This document shows positions 58,417 through 64,000 of a DNA stretch of 64,000 nt, piece after piece. Below the pieces are notes generated by a model. That model saw nothing but the letters and a program-made list of their open reading frames with translations. It had not been told where the DNA came from and did not search any database. The position numbers and the translations under genes were made by a program. The DNA lies in contig JAYFRL010000020.1 in NCBI GenBank assembly GCA_034925905.1, positions 9,880 through 73,879 on the forward strand. Direction: 5' to 3'. This DNA is from Lachnospiraceae bacterium. GTDB lineage: Bacteria > Bacillota > Clostridia > Lachnospirales > Anaerotignaceae. Positions within the stretch are counted from its first letter, which is position 1; each line of letters starts with the position of its first letter.

Positions 58417-59250
58417 GTGATAAAATTGAACAGCTTGCTAGCTAAAATAATAGCATTTTCATTACTTTTAAATAACGGCACTGCAGGAACAGTTACAGAG
58501 ACATCCCCACCTCCCGAAACCACGGCTCAGGAAATAACAATAGAGGTTCCTTCCTCCGAAGAAGAATCCGATACTTCCGAAACAGAAGAAACGGTCGAAG
58601 AGACTCCCGAAGCCGATGAACAAAAAGACCCGTTTGGTCATGAGCTCTCCGCAATCTCAACAAGATATGTAACTGGGGACACAAGCCGTAATTATAATAT
58701 GCAGCTTGCCTGCGACTCAATAAACGGAACGATCCTTAACCCCGGGGATAGCTTTTCATATAACAAAACAATACTTGAAAAAAGCAACAACGGCAAGGAT
58801 TACAAGGTTGCCGGGATTCTTGTAAACGGCGAAACTTCAACTGGTGTAGGCGGCGGTATCTGCCAGATTTCATCAACGCTTTTCGTCTCTTCCCTTTATT
58901 CGGGGATGACTATAACGGAAAGACATAACCATTCGGCAAAAATAGGATATTTGAAGGCCGGAATGGATGCGACCGTTTCCTGGGGAGGTCCTGATTTTAA
59001 ATTCAGGAACGACCTTGAAATACCTGTTAAAATAGAAGCAACCATGTCGGGCGGTCTAATAACCATACGGTTTCTTTCGGAAAATCCGTTTTATAAAAAC
59101 ATAAAAATAGTAGTCACGGGCAGCAACCCAAGCTACACCTTAACAAGATACATAGACGGCAAAGCGGAATATGTGACAAAAAGCACATATAAACTGCCTG
59201 AGGAAAAGCCGGCAGAAGAAACCGAACAGGAAACGCAAGGAAATGCCTAA
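58417..59250 (+). CDS. VanW-domain protein with an acidic Ser/Thr/Glu-rich linker
   Basis: VanW core NPGDSFSYNK...GGGICQISSTLF and a short hydrophobic N-terminus. The start is uncertain (GTG 58417 or TTG 58426). Confidence 0.8.
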   Translation: MIKLNSLLAKIIAFSLLLNNGTAGTVTETSPPPETTAQEITIEVPSSEEESDTSETEETVEETPEADEQKDPFGHELSAISTRYVTGDTSRNYNMQLACDSINGTILNPGDSFSYNKTILEKSNNGKDYKVAGILVNGETSTGVGGGICQISSTLFVSSLYSGMTITERHNHSAKIGYLKAGMDATVSWGGPDFKFRNDLEIPVKIEATMSGGLITIRFLSENPFYKNIKIVVTGSNPSYTLTRYIDGKAEYVTKSTYKLPEEKPAEETEQETQGNA

Positions 59251-59260
59251 TGCCCCCATA

Positions 59261-59299
59261 AAAAGGATAAAAATTTCAGCTGAAATTTTTATCCTTTTT
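59261..59299 (+). terminator. Intrinsic terminator
   Basis: GGATAAAAATTTCAGCTGAAATTTTTATCC followed by T5. Confidence 0.85.
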
Positions 59300-59378
59300 A
59301 TGTATTGCCTCCCCTTTATATTTACACATTTTAAAATAGTGTTATAATATATCTAATACAAATTACGGAGGTTTTTAA

Positions 59379-61664
59379 ATGATAAAGTTATATGACACCG
59401 GAGTTTACGTTTTTTCCGGCAGGGAAATAATCCCCGACGATTCTTTAGCTGCTTCGCGGCTGCTTGAAAAAGGCATTGCTTCCGCCTCAAAGAAAGAAGC
59501 CAAAAAAGCTACAATTTCATACGGGATACTTAGCGCACACAATACATCGGGTTCTATGGACAAGCTTAAAATTAAGTTTGACGCCATGGCTTCCCACGAT
59601 ATTACATATGTCGGAATAATCCAAACGGCAAGGGCAAGCGGGCTTGTAAAATTTCCAATACCCTACGTGCTTACAAACTGTCACAACAGCCTTTGCGCCG
59701 TTGGAGGCACAATAAACGAAGACGACCATCTTTTCGGGCTTTCGGCCGCAAAACGCTACGGCGGAATATATGTTCCTGCACACCAGGCTGTTATACACCA
59801 GTATATGCGTGAAATGATGTCCGGCGGCGGAAAAATGATATTAGGCTCAGACAGCCATACCCGTTACGGAGCATTAGGCACAATGGCAATAGGCGAAGGC
59901 GGTCCTGAGCTTGTTAAGCAGCTGCTTGAAAAAACTTATGATATAGATTGTCCTCCTGTTGTTGCAGTTTACTTAACGGGCAAACCCGAAGCCGGAGTTG
60001 GGCCTCAAGACGTTGCGCTTGCTATAATAGGCGCTGTTTTTAACGCCGGATATGTCAAAAACAAGGTTATGGAATTTATAGGCGATGGAATCAAAAACCT
60101 TTCTGTTGATTTCAGAAACGGAATAGACGTTATGACAACTGAAACAACCTGCCTTTCATCTGTCTGGGAAACAGACGGCAGCGTTTGCGAATGGTATGAA
60201 ACCCACGGAAGAAAAGAAGCCTATAAAAGGCTTTCCGCCGGAGATGTTGCGTATTACGATGGTATGATATATGTTGATTTAAGCTTAATAAAGCCTATGA
60301 TAGCAATGCCTTTCCACCCAAGCAACGTATATACGATAGACGAATTAAACGCAAACCTTGAGGATATTTTATTTGAAATAGAACAGCAAGGCAAAAAACA
60401 ACTTGATAGCGACAAAGTAACCTTTTCGCTGAGAGACAAAATAAAAGACGGCAGACTTTATGTTGAGCAAGGCGTTATCGCAGGCTGCGCAGGCGGAACC
60501 TTTGAAAACATCTGCGATGCAGGGGATATTCTAAAAGGCGCCTCAATAGGCAGCGATGAATTTACACTAAGCGTATATCCTTCTAGCCAGCCTGTGTTTA
60601 TGAGCCTTGTCGAACACGGAATAATATATGATATAATGAAATCCGGCGCAACCGTACGTTCAGCTTTCTGCGGCCCATGCTTCGGCGCGGGAGACGTTCC
60701 TGCAAACAATTCGTTAAGCATAAGGCATTCCACAAGAAATTTCCCAAACAGGGAAGGTTCTAAAATAACAAGCGGGCAAATTGCCTCCGTTGCCCTTATG
60801 GATGCGCGCTCAATAGCCGCAACAGCTATAAACAAAGGCTGCGTTACATCCGCAACAGAACTTGACACAACCTACTTACGTCCAAAATATTTCTTTGACG
60901 CTGAAGTATATAAAAACAGATGCTATTTCGGCTTTGGAAAAGCCGATGAAAGCGTAGGCTTAAAGCTTGGTCCAAACATAACGGACTGGCCGAAAATGAG
61001 CCGGCTTACGGATGATATGCTGCTTAAGGTGGTTTCGGTTATAACCGACCCGGTTACAACAACAGATGAACTTATTCCTTCCGGCGAAACCTCGTCTTAT
61101 AGGTCTAATCCGCTTAAGCTTGCAGAGTTTACACTTTCAAGAAAAGACCCCGCTTATGTTGGTCGTGCAAAAGAAATAAAGACCGCAGAGAAAGCAAGGC
61201 TTATGGGCAGTGACCCTTTAACCGCATATCCGCCGCTTAAAAGCATATTTGAAAAAATAAAGGCTTCTTTTAAGGATACGGATATTAAAAATACCGCCAT
61301 AGGCAGCACAATATTCGCCGTTAAACCCGGCGACGGCTCAGCAAGGGAGCAAGCCGCAAGCTGCCAGAAGGTTTTGGGCGGTTTTGCAAACATAGCAACC
61401 GAATACGCAACTAAAAGATACCGTTCAAACCTCATAAACTGGGGAATGCTTCCTTTCCTTATAAAAGAAGACAGGATTTTTGAAAACGGGGATTATATAT
61501 TTATCCCGGGAATTAAAAAAGCAGTTTTGGGAGGGGCAAAAGAATTTAAAGCATATGTTGTAAGTGATGAGCTTAAAGAATTTAAGCTTTACATGGATGA
61601 CATTACGCCTGACGAAAAAAATATAATACTTGCGGGTTGCCTTATAAACTATTACGGAGAATAA
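59379..61664 (+). CDS. Aconitase-family hydratase (putative aconitate hydratase, Aquifex/Clostridia type)
   Basis: 761 aa with GSDSHT and the CGPCFG Fe-S ligand motifs. A swivel domain at the C-terminus is likely. Confidence 0.85.
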   Translation: MIKLYDTGVYVFSGREIIPDDSLAASRLLEKGIASASKKEAKKATISYGILSAHNTSGSMDKLKIKFDAMASHDITYVGIIQTARASGLVKFPIPYVLTNCHNSLCAVGGTINEDDHLFGLSAAKRYGGIYVPAHQAVIHQYMREMMSGGGKMILGSDSHTRYGALGTMAIGEGGPELVKQLLEKTYDIDCPPVVAVYLTGKPEAGVGPQDVALAIIGAVFNAGYVKNKVMEFIGDGIKNLSVDFRNGIDVMTTETTCLSSVWETDGSVCEWYETHGRKEAYKRLSAGDVAYYDGMIYVDLSLIKPMIAMPFHPSNVYTIDELNANLEDILFEIEQQGKKQLDSDKVTFSLRDKIKDGRLYVEQGVIAGCAGGTFENICDAGDILKGASIGSDEFTLSVYPSSQPVFMSLVEHGIIYDIMKSGATVRSAFCGPCFGAGDVPANNSLSIRHSTRNFPNREGSKITSGQIASVALMDARSIAATAINKGCVTSATELDTTYLRPKYFFDAEVYKNRCYFGFGKADESVGLKLGPNITDWPKMSRLTDDMLLKVVSVITDPVTTTDELIPSGETSSYRSNPLKLAEFTLSRKDPAYVGRAKEIKTAEKARLMGSDPLTAYPPLKSIFEKIKASFKDTDIKNTAIGSTIFAVKPGDGSAREQAASCQKVLGGFANIATEYATKRYRSNLINWGMLPFLIKEDRIFENGDYIFIPGIKKAVLGGAKEFKAYVVSDELKEFKLYMDDITPDEKNIILAGCLINYYGE

Positions 61665-61669
61665 ATATT

Positions 61670-61708
61670 AAAAGCCTATGCCGGCTAGCCGGCATAGGCT
61701 TTTATTTT
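61670..61708. terminator. Bidirectional terminator
   Basis: AAAGCCTATGCCGGCTAGCCGGCATAGGCTTTT. Confidence 0.85.
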
Positions 61709-62628
61709 TACAGGCCAATAAAATGCATCACAACAGGAATTGTAACAAGGCTTGCGAGAGTTGTGGTTATCATGGCTCCCGTGGCATAATTATCATCCGA
61801 GCCGGTTGTTCTTGCAACCATCGTTATACACATGACTGAGGGCGTCATAGACATTATGGAAATCATCATCATAAGCTCGTGGCTTAAAACGCCTAAAGAG
61901 TTTATTATAAAAAATATTGTTAGCGGAGTTATTATAAGCTTTATCGGTATGACAGAAAGCACCTTCAATCTGCCCAATATCTTTTTTAGCCCTTTCCTTG
62001 ATATATCCATTCCTATGTATAAAAGGCAAGCGTATTTTATTGTCAGTCCAAATTCAGTAAGAGTATTCCATACGATATTATCCGGCTTTATATCAAGCAA
62101 CATGATTAAAACGCCTATAAAAGCCGATATTGTTATGGGGTTTATAATCCTTTTAAAATCAGCCTTCCCGCTTGGATCGGCTAGAATCGGAACTGCCGTC
62201 CAAACCACACAGGAATCCGCAATTGCATAAACAGCTATCGCAAGCGCGGAGCTGTCAGGGAAAATGCTTAAGAGCAAAGGATAACCCACCATAGCAGCGT
62301 TTCCAAGACCTGTTACTCCCATATGTATGTTCCTTGTTGGTTGTTTTAGCCTTAAAAGCCTGCCTGATAAATAAGCTATCGAAAGGGATATGCTCATTGA
62401 AAGAAAAGCACATAAGAAAAAGGGCATCATCCTGCCTATTTCGCTTCTGTTCCCCTGTGATATGACGGTTATAAGCATTATCGGAGTCATAACCCGTATA
62501 TTTACCTGAGCAAAGCCGTCTATGTCGTCATCGCTCAAAAGCTTAAGCTTCTGAGCTAGCGCCCCGGCTATTATAAGTATCAGAAAAAGCTTCATTTGCT
62601 GAAGAAGTATCAAAAATTCTTTTGTCAT
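61708..62628 (-). CDS. AEC-family (auxin efflux carrier-like) permease, copy 2
   Basis: 306-aa polytopic protein (GNAAMVGYPLL), paralogous to the upstream gene. Confidence 0.8.
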   Translation of the reverse strand: MTKEFLILLQQMKLFLILIIAGALAQKLKLLSDDDIDGFAQVNIRVMTPIMLITVISQGNRSEIGRMMPFFLCAFLSMSISLSIAYLSGRLLRLKQPTRNIHMGVTGLGNAAMVGYPLLLSIFPDSSALAIAVYAIADSCVVWTAVPILADPSGKADFKRIINPITISAFIGVLIMLLDIKPDNIVWNTLTEFGLTIKYACLLYIGMDISRKGLKKILGRLKVLSVIPIKLIITPLTIFFIINSLGVLSHELMMMISIMSMTPSVMCITMVARTTGSDDNYATGAMITTTLASLVTIPVVMHFIGL

Positions 62629-62639
62629 CTTATTCTCCG

Positions 62640-63572
62640 CTAAAAATTACTTATTATCCATATTATAAAAGGCATTGTTACAAGGCATGCTATTGAGGTT
62701 AGCAAAACGGTTAATGAGGCGTACTCCGTATCTGAACGGTATTCGTTTGCAAGCACGCTGACAGCCACAAGAGACGGCGTCATTGAGATAACAGTCAGCA
62801 TTTTAACCTGAATATCAGTTAAAAAAGGAAGCCACTTAAATGAAAGATAAACAACAAGGGGCATAAAAACAAGCTTTATGGGTATTGTTGAGAGTATCAC
62901 AGGGCGTTTTGCTATAGTTTTTAAGCTTTTTCTGCCTATATCAGCTCCTATATATAAAAGGGCAAAATATTTGCTTGTAGCTCCTGCGCTTTTTATTGTC
63001 TGCATTATTATATTGCCGGTGTCAACTCTTAATATAAGCAATATAAGACCTATAAGCGTCCCCATTGTTACGGGAGTTAAAAGCCTCTTAAATTCAATCT
63101 TTTTATTTTCATCCGTATCCAGGATATAAGGCACTACCGTCCATGCGGAAAGTCCGTCTGCAAGTGAATAAACCGCAAGAGCAAGGCTGCCTCCCTCGGG
63201 AAAAAGCGCAAGCAAAAGAGGATACCCAATAAATCCGTTATTAGAAAACCCCATTGTAACCGTATGTACATTAAGTGTGTCTCCTTTAAGCTTAAGCAGT
63301 TTGCCCGTTAGCCTGCCCAAGGCTATCTGTTCAGTCTGGGCAAGCAATATGCATATAAAAAACGGAAGCTGACTCAAAATCACATCTATGCCGCCTCCGC
63401 TTGCAACAGCCGACAAAACCAAAAAAGGGAGAAGTATCCTTGTTACAACCTTTCCTACTCCGTCAACCGTTTTGTCGTCTATAAGCTTTATTCTATAGGC
63501 AATTAATCCAACACCCAGCATAGTCGCAAATATCAAAACCTGGTTTATTATAATGCTGAAATAACTTGTCAT
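62640..63572 (-). CDS. AEC-family permease, copy 1
   Basis: 310-aa polytopic protein (NNGFIGYPLLLALFP). Confidence 0.8.
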   Translation of the reverse strand: MTSYFSIIINQVLIFATMLGVGLIAYRIKLIDDKTVDGVGKVVTRILLPFLVLSAVASGGGIDVILSQLPFFICILLAQTEQIALGRLTGKLLKLKGDTLNVHTVTMGFSNNGFIGYPLLLALFPEGGSLALAVYSLADGLSAWTVVPYILDTDENKKIEFKRLLTPVTMGTLIGLILLILRVDTGNIIMQTIKSAGATSKYFALLYIGADIGRKSLKTIAKRPVILSTIPIKLVFMPLVVYLSFKWLPFLTDIQVKMLTVISMTPSLVAVSVLANEYRSDTEYASLTVLLTSIACLVTMPFIIWIISNF

Positions 63573-63710
63573 TTTATTCTCCGTTCAAATGGATTTATAT
63601 TAAAAAACTACCACATGGCCTGATTCCAGTCAATAAAAAATCGGCTTTAAACCATAATTTAAAGCCGATTTTTTGCCTGCTTAAAAAGCAGTTTTTATGT
63701 AAATAAATCT

Positions 63711-64000
63711 TTAAGGACGTTTGATTAAAAAATTGCATATAAGCCCTGCCGCTCCAAAGAAAAACACACATACAAAAGTTGTTAAATATCCGCCGCTTGT
63801 TGTTTGGAGCACACCTGCAAGATATGGTCCCAAGAAAGAAGCGATTATAAGGTTTAAGTTTATAAGAGCAAAATTCATCGTAAAGTTTTTTGTGCCATAA
63901 AAGCTGTTTATAAAAGCAGAATTTATAGGTGTTACACCTCCATATGAAAGACCTATGCACACGAATCCAAAAACAAGCATATATACATTTTTTGTCCAAA
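63711..64000 (-). CDS. MFS transporter, C-terminal part. The 5' end lies beyond the window.
   Basis: The frame giving ...GFVCIGLSYGGVTPINSAFINSFYG...GPYLAGVL is typical of MFS C-terminal helices. The reading frame stays open to the window edge. Confidence 0.65.
   Translation of the reverse strand, partial: WTKNVYMLVFGFVCIGLSYGGVTPINSAFINSFYGTKNFTMNFALINLNLIIASFLGPYLAGVLQTTSGGYLTTFVCVFFFGAAGLICNFLIKRP

Noticed and set aside
63595-63999. 134-aa minus-strand ORF (MDKKCIYACFWIRV...) overlapping the window end.
   Set aside because: This is an alternative frame of the MFS transporter gene. It is rich in Cys, Phe and Arg with no membrane-protein logic. The MFS frame (63711 onward) is the plausible one.

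Overview
This window looks like a core chromosomal segment of a low-GC, Clostridia-type Firmicute. I assign about 65 protein genes, nearly all housekeeping. In window order they are:
- glmU (partial), alaS and rpoN
- a complete Rnf operon, rnfCDGEAB
- the cell-shape and division block: DUF4321, maf, mreBCD, PBP2, minCDE, rodA, mgsA
- ribU, pckA, an MscS channel and DUF951
- a long minus-strand string: K-rich ORF, tsaE, tsaB, rimI, Lon-like protease, Cys-rich ORF, pth, mfd, PrsA-like
- an OmpR/HK two-component pair, lgt, DUF1015
- pheB-like ACT, hom, thrB, lysC
- a cobD-like gene, gdhA, a TIGR01212 radical SAM gene, a LysR regulator
- rpsF-ssb-rpsR, thyA-folA, VanW, an aconitase, two tandem AEC permeases and a partial MFS gene

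I recognise two classical cis-regulatory RNAs by their conserved cores: a T-box leader before alaS and an FMN riboswitch before ribU. Several consensus sigma-A promoters and intrinsic terminators are also visible.

I found no rRNA, tRNA, CRISPR array, transposase, integrase, prophage, toxin-antitoxin or restriction/defence genes. The region is mostly ordinary, and I cannot point to a clear novel system.

The least-explained items are:
1. A non-canonical Lon-family AAA+ protease, possibly with a degenerate Walker B, and a small Cys-rich ORF directly downstream. Both sit between rimI and pth.
2. An orphan GHKL-ATPase-only protein between rpoN and the rnf operon.
3. A 944-aa PBP2 with an internal tandem module duplication and a second large insertion.
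4. A very lysine-rich 93-aa ORF that leads the tsaE operon.
5. A roughly 170-nt gdhA leader carrying direct repeats.

CDS coordinates come from the supplied ORF track, with starts adjusted by codon arithmetic where an RBS supports it. Small motifs I located by hand may be off by 1-2 nt.
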